A model generated the notes under the pieces. It ran no database searches. It saw nothing but the letters and a program-made list of their open reading frames with translations, and had not been told where the DNA came from. Position numbers and translations under genes: made by a program. Shown here piece by piece: positions 7,679 through 17,151 of a stretch of DNA of 64,000 bases (the first letter of the stretch is position 1; each line of letters starts with the position of its first letter). This stretch comes from Clostridia bacterium (GTDB lineage Bacteria > Bacillota > Clostridia > Oscillospirales > CAG-272). The stretch covers positions 51,521 to 115,520 of the forward strand of contig JAFQDF010000035.1 in the NCBI GenBank assembly GCA_017416185.1, written 5' to 3'.

Positions 7679-10456
7679 ATGAAAGAGAGAAAGAAATTGG
7701 GTATCTTCAGTTCTATATTCGGAACATACAGCCAGCGCCAGATTAAAAAAATCACTGCTACGGTTGACCGTATCGAGGCAATGGCAGATAAATATTCTAA
7801 AATGACAGATGATGAGCTCAAGGCACAGACCCCTGCTCTCAAGGCAAGACTTGAGTCAGGCGAGACCCTTGACGATATTCTCCCCGAGGCGTTTGCTACG
7901 GTACGTGAGGCGTGTACACGTGTCCTTGACAAGACACCCTTCCGCGTACAGCTTATGGGCGGTATCATTCTTCATCAGGGCCGTATTGCCGAGATGAAAA
8001 CGGGTGAGGGTAAAACTATCGTTGCAACCCTTCCCGCATATCTTAACGCACTTAACGGCAAGGGCGTTCATATCGTTACGGTAAACGAGTACCTTGCACG
8101 TCTGGGTGCAGAGGAGATGGGACGAGTTTATAACTTCCTCGGTCTCAGTGTAGGTCTTATCTGTCACGGACAGAACCAGCGCGAAAAGCAGGAAGCGTAT
8201 AACGCTGACATTACCTACGGTACCAACAACGAGTACGGCTTTGACTATCTTCGTGACAATATGGTGCTCTATAAGGAGCAGAAGATGCAGCGCAGCCACA
8301 CCTTTGCTATCGTAGACGAGGTTGACTCCATACTTATAGACGAGGCAAGGACTCCTCTTATCATTTCGGGTGAGGGTCAGAAGTCTACCGAGCTTTATGA
8401 CCGTACCGAGACCCTTGTTGCAAGAATGAGACAGTACCGCATCAAGGAGCTTGATTCAAAGCAGGAAAATGACGATATAGATGCAGACTATATCGTGGAC
8501 GAGAAGGCAAGAAGTGTTGTGCTCACTGCCAGCGGTATTGCCAAGGCAGAAGAGTATTTCGGTATAGAGAATCTCTCTGATGCCGAGAACTCCCTTATCT
8601 CCCATCATATCAATCAGGCGATCCGTGCCCACGGTATTATGCACCGTGACGTTGACTACGTGGTAAAGGACGGCGAGGTGCTTATCGTTGACTCCTTCAC
8701 AGGCCGTATTATGCCCGGCAGACGTTATTCGGACGGTCTGCATCAGGCTATAGAGGCCAAGGAGCACGTTAAGGTAGAAAAGGAAAACAAGACTCTTGCT
8801 ACTATAACCTTCCAGAACTTCTTCCGTCTTTATGACAAGCTTTCGGGTATGACGGGTACGGCTCTTACCGAGGAGATGGAGTTCAGAGAAATATATAACC
8901 TCGACTGCGTTGAGATCCCCACCAACAAGCCTATGATCAGAGAAGATCATAACGATGTTGTTTATAAGACCGTGGCTGCAAAGAATGCCGCTATTGTCGA
9001 ACAGGTCATTGCCTGCCACGAAAAGGGACAGCCTGTGCTTGTAGGTACCGTTTCTATTGACAAGTCGGAGGAGATCAGCCGACTTCTCAAACGTCAGGGA
9101 ATAGAGCATACAGTCCTTAATGCAAAGAACAACGAGAAGGAAGCTGAGATCGTTGCCTGTGCAGGTAAGCTCGGCACCGTTACCATATCCACCAATATGG
9201 CGGGCCGTGGTACCGATATTATGCTTGGCGGTAACCCCGAGTTTATGGCCAAGCAGGAGATGCGTAAGCAGGGCTACGAGGAGGACGTTATCGGTCTTGC
9301 GGTAGGTTCTTCGACAGATGTTTCCGAAGAGGTCCTTGCGGCAAGAGTTGTTTATAAGGAGCTGTATCAGAAGTACAAGGAGGAGATCGCTCCCGAGGCA
9401 AAGAAGGTCTGTGAGGCAGGAGGTCTCTTTATCGTAGGTACAGAGCGTCACGAGAGCCGCCGTATAGACAACCAGCTCAGAGGACGTTCGGGCAGACAGG
9501 GTGACCCCGGTGAATCCCGCTTCTACCTCTCTCTTGAGGATGATCTTATGCGTCTGTTCGGAAGCGAGAGAGTGCTTAATGCCGTTGAGCGTATAGGTCT
9601 TCCCGATGACCAGCCCATACAGGCAGGTATACTTTCCAATTCTATAGAAAATGCTCAGAAGCAGCTTGAAAGCACCAACTTTGAAAGACGTAAGCACGTA
9701 CTGAGCTACGACGACGTTATGAATAAACAGCGTCAGGTTATTTACGCACAGCGTGATGACGTTCTTAACGGCGTGGACTTAAAGGACCGTATCGTTAAGA
9801 TGATAAGAGATGTCGTCGAGGGTGTTGTGGATGACGCCGCTCCCAATCCCGAGGATGATGCGGGTGTATGGAATCTTGACGTTATAAAGCAGAGCTTCGG
9901 CAATCTGTTTGTAGACGAGGATGATCTTGATTACTCCGAGGAGGAGCTTCGCACCCTTGATCCCGATGAGCTTACCGAAAAGCTGTACGGAAATGCTATG
10001 GAGCTTTATGCCGAAAAGGAGGAGCTCTTCGGTGAGGAGCAGATGCGTGAGATAGAGCGCGTAGTACTGCTGCGCCGTGTAGACATCAACTGGATGGAAC
10101 ATCTGGATGCTATGGATGACCTGAAGGGAAGCATAGGACTTCACGCATATGCTCAGCGTGATCCTATCTCGATGTACCGTATCGAGGGCGGTGATATGTT
10201 TGACGATATGATCGCCACGATCCGTAACGAGACCGTTCGTGCCGTTCTGTCGGTACGTCCCCGCGAGGAGGTCAAGCGTGAGGCTGCGGCAAAGGTAACC
10301 GGTGAGGGCTTTGTAGGTGCAGGCGACGGCACCGTAAAGAAAAAACCCGTGGTCAAGAAGGCGGCTGACAAGGTGGGCAGAAACGATCCCTGTCCCTGTG
10401 GCAGCGGAAAGAAATACAAGAAGTGCTGCGGTGCAAATCTTGATAATGCAGAATAA
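7679..10456 (+). CDS. secA: preprotein translocase ATPase SecA
   Basis: 925-aa ORF with MKTGEGKT (Walker A), [28 protein letters not shown] and the C-terminal zinc motif [14 protein letters not shown]. The start is ambiguous: ATG at 7679 or in-frame TTG at 7697. Confidence 0.95.
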   Translation: MKERKKLGIFSSIFGTYSQRQIKKITATVDRIEAMADKYSKMTDDELKAQTPALKARLESGETLDDILPEAFATVREACTRVLDKTPFRVQLMGGIILHQGRIAEMKTGEGKTIVATLPAYLNALNGKGVHIVTVNEYLARLGAEEMGRVYNFLGLSVGLICHGQNQREKQEAYNADITYGTNNEYGFDYLRDNMVLYKEQKMQRSHTFAIVDEVDSILIDEARTPLIISGEGQKSTELYDRTETLVARMRQYRIKELDSKQENDDIDADYIVDEKARSVVLTASGIAKAEEYFGIENLSDAENSLISHHINQAIRAHGIMHRDVDYVVKDGEVLIVDSFTGRIMPGRRYSDGLHQAIEAKEHVKVEKENKTLATITFQNFFRLYDKLSGMTGTALTEEMEFREIYNLDCVEIPTNKPMIREDHNDVVYKTVAAKNAAIVEQVIACHEKGQPVLVGTVSIDKSEEISRLLKRQGIEHTVLNAKNNEKEAEIVACAGKLGTVTISTNMAGRGTDIMLGGNPEFMAKQEMRKQGYEEDVIGLAVGSSTDVSEEVLAARVVYKELYQKYKEEIAPEAKKVCEAGGLFIVGTERHESRRIDNQLRGRSGRQGDPGESRFYLSLEDDLMRLFGSERVLNAVERIGLPDDQPIQAGILSNSIENAQKQLESTNFERRKHVLSYDDVMNKQRQVIYAQRDDVLNGVDLKDRIVKMIRDVVEGVVDDAAPNPEDDAGVWNLDVIKQSFGNLFVDEDDLDYSEEELRTLDPDELTEKLYGNAMELYAEKEELFGEEQMREIERVVLLRRVDINWMEHLDAMDDLKGSIGLHAYAQRDPISMYRIEGGDMFDDMIATIRNETVRAVLSVRPREEVKREAAAKVTGEGFVGAGDGTVKKKPVVKKAADKVGRNDPCPCGSGKKYKKCCGANLDNAE

Positions 10457-10470
10457 CTAAAAATTAAAGT

Positions 10471-10510
10471 GGATTTTTTGTCGATAAGACAAAAAATCCC
10501 TTTTGTTTTG
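10471..10510 (+). terminator. intrinsic terminator after secA (core-type hairpin)
   Basis: GGATTTTTTGTC-gataa-GACAAAAAATCC followed by CTTTTGTTTTG. Confidence 0.75.
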
Positions 10511-10537
10511 TTTAAAGTGACAAATTTTGCAAAACTC

Positions 10538-10566
10538 TTGTAAAATATTTGGTTGTTTGTTATAAT
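10538..10566 (+). promoter_or_regulatory. candidate promoter of the transglutaminase-like SLH gene
   Basis: TTGTAA - 17 nt - TGtTATAAT (extended -10). Confidence 0.5.
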
Positions 10567-10602
10567 ATATAATGAATATACAACAATCAAAGGAGATACG
10601 TT

Positions 10603-12918
10603 ATGTCAACGATAAGGAGAGCGATTGCACATTTGCTGATCTCGGTCATGCTGTGTGTTCTTGTCCTCGGAACAGTAATACCCGTATCGGCATCGACTGC
10701 CGACAGAGGTTACTCTTTTAGCGTAAATATTGACGTCAACGGTCTTATCTCATATCTTGAAGAAAACCTGCAGAGCTGCCCGAAGCGAGTTGACATATCA
10801 GCCTTCGGTGTGCCTTATACCACCGCTGACGGTGTTGCTATCCAGAAGCTTGTCTGGTACGGAACCCCGGTTTTGTTCCACGTAAACGGTATAGGTCTGA
10901 GCGGAGCCAACGGGGTTATTGAATATCTGTATTTCACCTATCATTATGATGCTTCGGTCTATAAGCAGATGCTTGACGGCTGTGTAAGTGCGGCAAAGGA
11001 AATGACTGCAGATCTTGTGAACAATAAGTCTCTTGACGATGTGATGAAGGCACTTATTATTCACGACCGTATAATCGCACGCTGTGAGTATGATCTTGCG
11101 GGTGCTTCCTCCGGTAATATTTCAAACGAAAGCCAGGAAATGTACGGCGTTCTGGTAAAGGGGCTTGCCACCTGTCAGGGGTATGCCTATGCCTATATGT
11201 ATCTGCTTCGTGAGGTCGGTATAGACAGCTATATCTGTTCCTCGGAAAAGATGGGTCATGATTGGAACATAGTTATAATAAACGGCAAAAAGTATCATGT
11301 TGACGTTACCTTTGATGACCCGGTAATGGACGTGACGGGAAGAATATATCACAATTACTTTATGCTTTCCACCTCTGCCCTGAAGAAGGGAGAGCATAAC
11401 TTCAATGACTACGATACCTCCCCCACCGATACGTCATATGATAATGCATATTGGAGAAATTCGAGATCCGAATTTCTTCATATAAACGGTAAGATATACT
11501 ATTTCGACAATTCAAAGGAGACTCTTCACCGTCTCGGCTCCTCGTCACCGCTTGCGAAGATAAGTGACGTATGGCTTACCGCTGAGGGTAACTACTGGAA
11601 GGGCAATTTTGTCCGTCTTGCAAGTGACGGTGTTAAGGTGTTTTATTCAAAGAGCGACGGTATCTACAGTTACGATATATCAAGCGGTAAATCAAGTAAG
11701 ATGTATACACCGTCCTTTTCCGGCGAGGCGAAATCTGTTTACGGCTTTACCTATGACAAGGGATATTTTGTCATAGACCGCTTCAACCGTCCTGATTTTT
11801 CGGCTTACACCAAAACTAAATATCAGCTGAGAGTTCCTTACGATACAAAGAATCCCACTGTGTCACTTTTCTGTACTAACAATGTGGCGGCATATCAGAC
11901 CGTTACTATCAGTCTCAGCGATGATAACAGTATAGCGGGGTATTACTGGGGTAAGGATAAGGTTTATTCATCAAACAGCTTCACTTCGGCAAAGAGCGGT
12001 ACTGTGACTGAGTACGTATCAGACTCCGGAACCTACTATCTCAATGCTGTGGATACTGCAGGCAATATTTCCGAGACAGTATCGGTCACCTTCTATAAGA
12101 CCAGACTTGAGACCGATGGCGGAAATGTGTCGGCTGCTACTGTCATAACACCAAAGGACTCAGGTTTTATCCTGCCTGTCCCCGAGAGGTATGGATATCA
12201 GTTTATAGGCTGGTCAAAGTCCTATACCGATATGGGTGACTATTTTACTTCATTTGTTCCAAATGCAGACGGAGTTCTTTATGCTCTTTGGCGTTATACA
12301 GGAGCCTCCGGTGAACCGGATCTGCCTGAGGAAGGGTATATCAACCGTTTTAAGGACGTATCTGATGATGCCTGGTATGCGGATGCCGTTGCATATTGTG
12401 CGTCAAGAGGATATATTAACGGGATCAGCAGTACTGTGTTTGCTCCGTCTTCATACCTGACAAGAGAGCAGTTTGTACTTATACTGGCAAATGTAGCAGG
12501 TGTCAAGGCGGACAGCTATAAGTATGCATACAGCGGTATGACTGACGTTCCTGTGGGACGGTGGTACAGCGGTGCTATAGCCTGGGGAGTATCTGAAGGA
12601 TACGTCAAGGGTGTGGCTGCCGACCGATTCGGATTAGGGCAGAATATAACCCGGGAACAGCTTGCCAGACTTTTCTATGCTTATGCCGAGGATATAGGTA
12701 TGGACGTTATGGGCAGAGCAGACCTTGGTGGATTTAAAGATGCCGCAAAAGTATCCGACTGGGCAGCCGAAGAGGTGCGCTGGGCAGTAGATGCACAGAT
12801 CATTTCGGGTATGACCTCCGATACCCTTGTTCCCAGAGGTAATGCTACCAGAGCTCAAACAGCAAGGATGTTTATGATTTTTGATAAACTTGATGAAAAT
12901 AGCGATCGTACCTATTGA
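10603..12918 (+). CDS. secreted transglutaminase-like cysteine-protease-fold protein with GYxFxGW repeat and C-terminal SLH domains
   Basis: Signal peptide ...VIPVSAST. Cys-His-Asp core CQGYAYAYMYLLREVGI ... GHDWNIVIINGKKYHVDVTFDD. YGYQFIGW Listeria-Bacteroides-type repeat. Three SLH-like modules (FKDVSDDAWYADAV..., MTDVPVGRWYSGAI..., FKDAAKVSDWAAEEV...). Confidence 0.8.
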   Translation: MSTIRRAIAHLLISVMLCVLVLGTVIPVSASTADRGYSFSVNIDVNGLISYLEENLQSCPKRVDISAFGVPYTTADGVAIQKLVWYGTPVLFHVNGIGLSGANGVIEYLYFTYHYDASVYKQMLDGCVSAAKEMTADLVNNKSLDDVMKALIIHDRIIARCEYDLAGASSGNISNESQEMYGVLVKGLATCQGYAYAYMYLLREVGIDSYICSSEKMGHDWNIVIINGKKYHVDVTFDDPVMDVTGRIYHNYFMLSTSALKKGEHNFNDYDTSPTDTSYDNAYWRNSRSEFLHINGKIYYFDNSKETLHRLGSSSPLAKISDVWLTAEGNYWKGNFVRLASDGVKVFYSKSDGIYSYDISSGKSSKMYTPSFSGEAKSVYGFTYDKGYFVIDRFNRPDFSAYTKTKYQLRVPYDTKNPTVSLFCTNNVAAYQTVTISLSDDNSIAGYYWGKDKVYSSNSFTSAKSGTVTEYVSDSGTYYLNAVDTAGNISETVSVTFYKTRLETDGGNVSAATVITPKDSGFILPVPERYGYQFIGWSKSYTDMGDYFTSFVPNADGVLYALWRYTGASGEPDLPEEGYINRFKDVSDDAWYADAVAYCASRGYINGISSTVFAPSSYLTREQFVLILANVAGVKADSYKYAYSGMTDVPVGRWYSGAIAWGVSEGYVKGVAADRFGLGQNITREQLARLFYAYAEDIGMDVMGRADLGGFKDAAKVSDWAAEEVRWAVDAQIISGMTSDTLVPRGNATRAQTARMFMIFDKLDENSDRTY

Positions 12919-12943
12919 CAAATTGTTTTTAGAGTGTTATAAT
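12915..12943 (+). promoter_or_regulatory. near-consensus sigma-A promoter for the SPSTG-protein/sortase operon
   Basis: TTGACA - 17 nt - TGtTATAAT. The -35 box overlaps the TGA stop of the upstream gene. Confidence 0.65.
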
Positions 12944-12986
12944 ACTCATAGTATTTTGAAAAAATAAATTTAGAGAGGTTACTATA

Positions 12987-13442
12987 ATGAAAAAGTTTTT
13001 TGCAATGCTTATGATAGTTGCAATGATGTTCGCCATTGCAATTCCTATGTCCGCTGAGATCAGCCCTAAGCCCCAGCCTGAGGTTGATACTGAGGTTATT
13101 CCTGAGGCAGGCGGTGCTGTTACAGAAAAGGACAATGGTGACGGCACTGTTACTCTTACCGTTAATCCCAACAAGGGTTATGACTTCATCAAGTGGGTTA
13201 TCACCGGTGAGTATGAGCTCGTTTCCGGTAAGCTTACCGACACCACCATCACTATCAGACCTACCACAGATGTAAAGGCTCAGGCACAGGTTAAGGTTCA
13301 GAGCACAACAACTCCTACTCCTCCTGTTGTAAAGCCCGGTACATCTTCTCCTTCTACCGGTGTGGCTCCTGTTATGATGGCAGTTGCTTTCGTAGCATCT
13401 ATGGCAGGTGCAGGCTATTCCTTCAAGAAGAGCAGCAAGTAA
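12987..13442 (+). CDS. small cell-wall-anchored surface protein with SPSTG sorting signal (sortase B substrate candidate)
   Basis: 151 aa. It has a signal peptide, one GYDFIKW B-repeat-like domain and a Thr/Pro-rich linker. The C-terminus is SPSTG + hydrophobic stretch VAPVMMAVAFVASMAGAG + basic tail KKSSK. Confidence 0.75.
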   Translation: MKKFFAMLMIVAMMFAIAIPMSAEISPKPQPEVDTEVIPEAGGAVTEKDNGDGTVTLTVNPNKGYDFIKWVITGEYELVSGKLTDTTITIRPTTDVKAQAQVKVQSTTTPTPPVVKPGTSSPSTGVAPVMMAVAFVASMAGAGYSFKKSSK

Positions 13443-13460
13443 TCAACAAACCCGTTGTTA

Positions 13461-13494
13461 AAGACCTACCTCTCACAGGTAGGTCTTATCGTTT
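13461..13494 (+). terminator. hairpin after the SPSTG-protein gene (weak or attenuating terminator)
   Basis: AAGACCTACC-tctcaca-GGTAGGTCTT (10-bp stem) followed by ATCGTTT. Confidence 0.45.
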
Positions 13495-13506
13495 AATGAG
13501 GATAAT

Positions 13507-14376
13507 ATGAAAAATTCTTCAAAAAAGGTCATATGGCGCATTATCGGCGTCGTGTTTGCAGTACTGGCTGTGGTGTTTGCCGTACTTTTATTTCTCAACC
13601 TCCGTGGCTGTGAGGGAAGTATTGAACAGTTCAAAAAGCCGGGAAAATCCGAGCAGGCTGTTACGTTGCCCGGAATAGACGAGCCTATTGACAGCAATAT
13701 TACCATCGAGTCCGAAACCACACCACCTCCGGAGACTGAGCCTCCCATTGCAACGGGGGAGCTGCCATCCGAGGTAGATGAGACCTATGACGTGGACTTC
13801 GGATCGATGTACGATATCAATCCCGATATCCATGCCTGGATAACCGTACCGGGAACACCTATAGATTACCCTGTTCTCCAAAGCCAGGTGAGTGATCTGT
13901 ATTATGAGCGTAGAAGCTACACGGGTGCACACAGCGTATCCGGATGTATCTTTACCCAGTATTACAACAGACCGGATTTCAGCGACAGAAACACTGTGCT
14001 TTACGGTCACTATATGCTTGACGGAACCTTTTTCGGCTCCCTTCATAACTACAAGGACCCTGAATTCTTTAACAATAACAGGTATATCTATATAACCCTT
14101 CCTGACAGAGTTCTGGTTTATGAGATTTTTGCAGCTTATGAGACCGATAACCGTCATGTGCTGACACTGTGTAATTATTCGGACGATGAGGATTATCTCA
14201 GATATCTTGAGAGCTGTCTTAATCCCTCCACTATGGTGCGTACCATAAGAGAGGGTACCCAGCTGTCAGCAAATGACAGGATTATTACCTTAAGCACATG
14301 TGTGTCCTATTATACCTATTCCAGTCGCAGATATTTAGTACAGGGGGTGCTTATAGCAGATGTCGAAACGCAGTGA
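13507..14376 (+). CDS. srtB: class B sortase
   Basis: N-terminal TM helix. DIHAWITVPGTPIDYPVLQ, NTVLYGHYM, catalytic TLSTC and a downstream conserved Arg (RRYLVQG) are typical of SrtB. Confidence 0.9.
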   Translation: MKNSSKKVIWRIIGVVFAVLAVVFAVLLFLNLRGCEGSIEQFKKPGKSEQAVTLPGIDEPIDSNITIESETTPPPETEPPIATGELPSEVDETYDVDFGSMYDINPDIHAWITVPGTPIDYPVLQSQVSDLYYERRSYTGAHSVSGCIFTQYYNRPDFSDRNTVLYGHYMLDGTFFGSLHNYKDPEFFNNNRYIYITLPDRVLVYEIFAAYETDNRHVLTLCNYSDDEDYLRYLESCLNPSTMVRTIREGTQLSANDRIITLSTCVSYYTYSSRRYLVQGVLIADVETQ

Positions 14377-15421
14377 AGCGCTGAATCCTGATGAACGCAA
14401 GCGTAAAAAGTCCAAGACCCGTAAGATAGTATTATGGGTGGTTTTGTCAATACTGATCATTATAGTTGCTCTTATTGTAGCTGCGGCGGTAACAGTGGGC
14501 GTGCTCTATAATAAGGGTAAGGTATCTATGTCGAATGAGGAGATCAAGGTTACTGCTCCCGAGGGTGTTACACTTATTGATGACGGTGCCGAGGTGCACT
14601 ATAAGGATGGCAAATATAACTTCAACAAGAATCTTATCTCTATTCTGATAATGGGTGTAGACAAGGAAAACCTTGAAGATGTAGGAGAAGAGGGATATAA
14701 CGGACAGGCGGATGCACTGTTTTTACTGGTTGCGGATACCTCAAACGGTGAGGTTGATCTTATAAATATATCCCGCGACTCTATGGTCAACGTGGATGTT
14801 TATACTCCCGACGGAACCTATGTGACCAACAGAAGAATGCAGCTGTGTCTTGCTTATGCTTACGGTAAGGATGAGGAAGCAAGTGCCGTGAACGTTATGA
14901 AATCCCTGTCCGAGCTTATGTACGGAATCCCGATAAATTCTTATCTTACCCTGGATATTGCTGCGGTGAGGCTGCTCACCGAAGCTGTCGGCGGTGTTGA
15001 TGTTCCGGAGTATACAGAGAATTATTCCAAGCCTACGGGTAGAACGGTTACAGTTTCGGGAACGGATGCCGTGAAGTATATCAGACAGAGAAATACCGAT
15101 GTTCTGGACTCCAACCTCAACCGTATGGAGAGACAGAAGGCGTTTATCCGTGCCTTTGCAGCCAAGGTCGTGGAGCTTACCAAACGGGATATAAGAACTC
15201 CCGTAAATCTTTACAACTCTCTCGACGGATATATGTATACCGATATCGGTCTTGATGAAGCAACCTACCTTGCGGCAGAGTTTATGCACGGAGTATCGGA
15301 TATGGAGTACTACAGCATTAAGGGTGAGGTTGTCAAGGGCGAGAGCTTTGCGGAATATCACATTGACACCCAGGCTTTATATGAGCTTATCCTCCAAATA
15401 TTCTATACAAAGGTGGAATAA
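14360..15421 (+). CDS. LytR-CpsA-Psr (LCP) family cell-wall polymer ligase
   Basis: N-terminal TM helix. ILIMGVDK...GQADALFLLVAD...DLINISRDSMV and RQRNTD...NRMERQKAFI are LCP motifs. It overlaps srtB by 17 nt. Confidence 0.85.
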   Translation: MSKRSEALNPDERKRKKSKTRKIVLWVVLSILIIIVALIVAAAVTVGVLYNKGKVSMSNEEIKVTAPEGVTLIDDGAEVHYKDGKYNFNKNLISILIMGVDKENLEDVGEEGYNGQADALFLLVADTSNGEVDLINISRDSMVNVDVYTPDGTYVTNRRMQLCLAYAYGKDEEASAVNVMKSLSELMYGIPINSYLTLDIAAVRLLTEAVGGVDVPEYTENYSKPTGRTVTVSGTDAVKYIRQRNTDVLDSNLNRMERQKAFIRAFAAKVVELTKRDIRTPVNLYNSLDGYMYTDIGLDEATYLAAEFMHGVSDMEYYSIKGEVVKGESFAEYHIDTQALYELILQIFYTKVE

Positions 15422-15530
15422 TTTATTATTTGTTTACAAAGAATATTATTTGTGGCAATAATATCATAATCCAGGGTTTATAAATACTTGATATACTTAA
15501 TCCAGCAGTATTTCAGGAAGGTGAATCCCT

Positions 15531-15698
15531 ATGAACGAGAACAGAGTACCCACCTACGGTGCGGTAGTATCATCTATGGATTATGATTTAAAACTCAAAA
15601 GACGCAAATGGCTCAAAAACAACAAGACCTCACTTATCGTAGGCTCTGTGTTGCTTGTTCTTGTAATTCTGGCGGTAATGTTATTTGTGCTTATATAA
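15531..15698 (+). CDS. hypothetical small membrane protein (55 aa, below the ORF-track cutoff)
   Basis: ATG preceded by GAAGGTG. Translation MNENRVPTYGAVVSSMDYDLKLKRRKWLKNNKTSLIVGSVLLVLVILAVMLFVLI has one C-terminal TM helix. It is followed immediately by a strong terminator. Confidence 0.45.
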   Translation: MNENRVPTYGAVVSSMDYDLKLKRRKWLKNNKTSLIVGSVLLVLVILAVMLFVLI

Positions 15699-15699
15699 T

Positions 15700-15730
15700 A
15701 AAAAAGATGCGAGACGATCGCATCTTTTTT
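15700..15730. terminator. bidirectional intrinsic terminator (small ORF on +, rpe on -)
   Basis: AAAAA-AGATGCGA-gacga-TCGCATCT-TTTTT, with an A-tract and a U-tract flanking an 8-bp stem. Confidence 0.8.
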
Positions 15731-15796
15731 AATATATAGGAATTTTCACTATTGCGGTGTGGTTTGAATTACTGCGTAAACGGGCGCAGTATGGGT

Positions 15797-15817
15797 GCGG
15801 CGACTCGCCGCTTTTTT
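15797..15817 (+). terminator. orphan plus-strand terminator-like hairpin
   Basis: GCGGCG-act-CGCCGC followed by TTTTTT. It is preceded by a second hairpin, TACTGCG..CGCAGTA (15770-15791). No plus-strand gene lies upstream of it after the 15700-15730 terminator. Confidence 0.4.
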
Positions 15818-15840
15818 ATTATAGAAATATTGATTATCCG

Positions 15841-16485
15841 TTATGCCTTAAGCTCCCGTACGGTTTGGGGTATATCGCTTGATCCGAATACTGCGGAGCC
15901 TGCAACGATAACGTTTGCGCCTGCATCCTTGACAACGTGGGCGTTCTTTGGGGAAACACCACCGTCTACCTCAAGCTCTATCTCTCTTCCGCTTTCCTTG
16001 ATCATAGCTGCACAAGCCTTGATGTTTTCGACTGTTGCCTCAATAAAGGACTGACCGCCGAAGCCCGGCTCTACCGTCATAACAAGGATAAGGTCAACAC
16101 GGTCGAGGTAAGGTCTGAGTATCTCGGGCTTGGTGTTAGGCTTGATAGAAATACCCACCTTTTTGCCGTTTGCCTTGATACGGTCGATTGCCGCGGCTAC
16201 GTCGAAGGTGCTTTCAACGTGGACTGTGATAAGATCAGCTCCTGCTTTTGCAAAATCGTCTATGTAACGGATTGGATCGGTTATCATCAGATGCACGTCG
16301 AAGAAAAGGTTTGAATACTTACGGATAGCGGATACCACACAGGGGCCGAGGGTTATGTTGGGAACAAAGATTCCGTCCATAACGTCGATATGCAGATATT
16401 CTACACCTGCATCCTCAACCTTTTTGATCTCGCTCTGCAGGTTTGCAAAGTCGCAGGCAAGAATCGAGGGTGAAATTTTGATCAT
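15841..16485 (-). CDS. rpe: ribulose-phosphate 3-epimerase
   Basis: MIKISPSILACDF..., HIDVMDG, VHLM and GFGGQSF motifs. AGGAGG lies 8 nt upstream of the ATG at 16485. The ORF-track start at 16521 is an extension. Confidence 0.9.
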   Translation of the reverse strand: MIKISPSILACDFANLQSEIKKVEDAGVEYLHIDVMDGIFVPNITLGPCVVSAIRKYSNLFFDVHLMITDPIRYIDDFAKAGADLITVHVESTFDVAAAIDRIKANGKKVGISIKPNTKPEILRPYLDRVDLILVMTVEPGFGGQSFIEATVENIKACAAMIKESGREIELEVDGGVSPKNAHVVKDAGANVIVAGSAVFGSSDIPQTVRELKA

Positions 16486-16640
16486 TTTATTTTCCTCCTG
16501 ATCGAAATATATTTTTGACATAATGAAAAATATCTCATAAGATACTATAGGAGCATTACAACCCAGGTACGGGGTATACCGACAGACGTTAAAAAAAGAG
16601 GAAGTGCAGAGAATATCGGTCTGCTCTGTATCTTTAAAAT

Positions 16641-16669
16641 AAGAATCGAAAACCGCGTAAGCGGTTTTC
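16641..16669 (-). terminator. intrinsic terminator after ispF
   Basis: In minus sense: GAAAACCGC-ttac-GCGGTTTTC followed by GATTCTT. Confidence 0.75.
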
Positions 16670-16674
16670 TTTAT

Positions 16675-17151
16675 TTACTTTCGTATCAACAATGCAACAC
16701 AATGGGCGCGTATGCCCTCGAGCCTGCCGGTAAAGCCGAGATTTTCCTCGGTGGTTGCTTTGACGCTGACACGGGAAACGTCAATACTCAAGGCTGCCGC
16801 CAGGTTTTGTCTCATTTCATCAATATAGGGTGCGAGCTTCGGTGCTTGTGCAATAACGGTGGCGTCTATATTCGACACCTTGTATTCCCCGAGAAGAGAA
16901 ACACAGTGCTTCAGCAGCTTTATGCTGTCAGCACCCTTGTAACGGGGGTCTGTGTCGGGAAAATGCTTGCCTATATCCCCCAGAGCCAACGCGCCCAGCA
17001 GAGCATCGCTTACTGCGTGGCAGAGCACGTCTGCATCGCTGTGACCGAGAAGACCAAGCTCATATTCTATTTCTGTGCCGCCCAGGATAAGCTTTCTGTC
17101 CGGGGCAAAGCGGTGTACGTCATAACCGTGACCTATACGAATATCTGTCAT
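16675..17151 (-). CDS. ispF: 2-C-methyl-D-erythritol 2,4-cyclodiphosphate synthase
   Basis: [23 protein letters not shown] and [11 protein letters not shown] motifs. Confidence 0.95.
   Translation of the reverse strand: MTDIRIGHGYDVHRFAPDRKLILGGTEIEYELGLLGHSDADVLCHAVSDALLGALALGDIGKHFPDTDPRYKGADSIKLLKHCVSLLGEYKVSNIDATVIAQAPKLAPYIDEMRQNLAAALSIDVSRVSVKATTEENLGFTGRLEGIRAHCVALLIRK

Noticed and set aside
8456-9697. 413-aa ORF antisense to secA.
   Set aside because: It lies entirely inside a highly conserved gene on the other strand. The translation is low-complexity (Leu/Val/Thr/Ser-rich) with no recognisable motifs. This is a typical antisense artefact of codon-biased genes.
15752-16054. 100-aa plus-strand ORF across the rpe 3' end.
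   Set aside because: It overlaps the conserved rpe gene in antisense and starts inside hairpin sequences. It has no SD.
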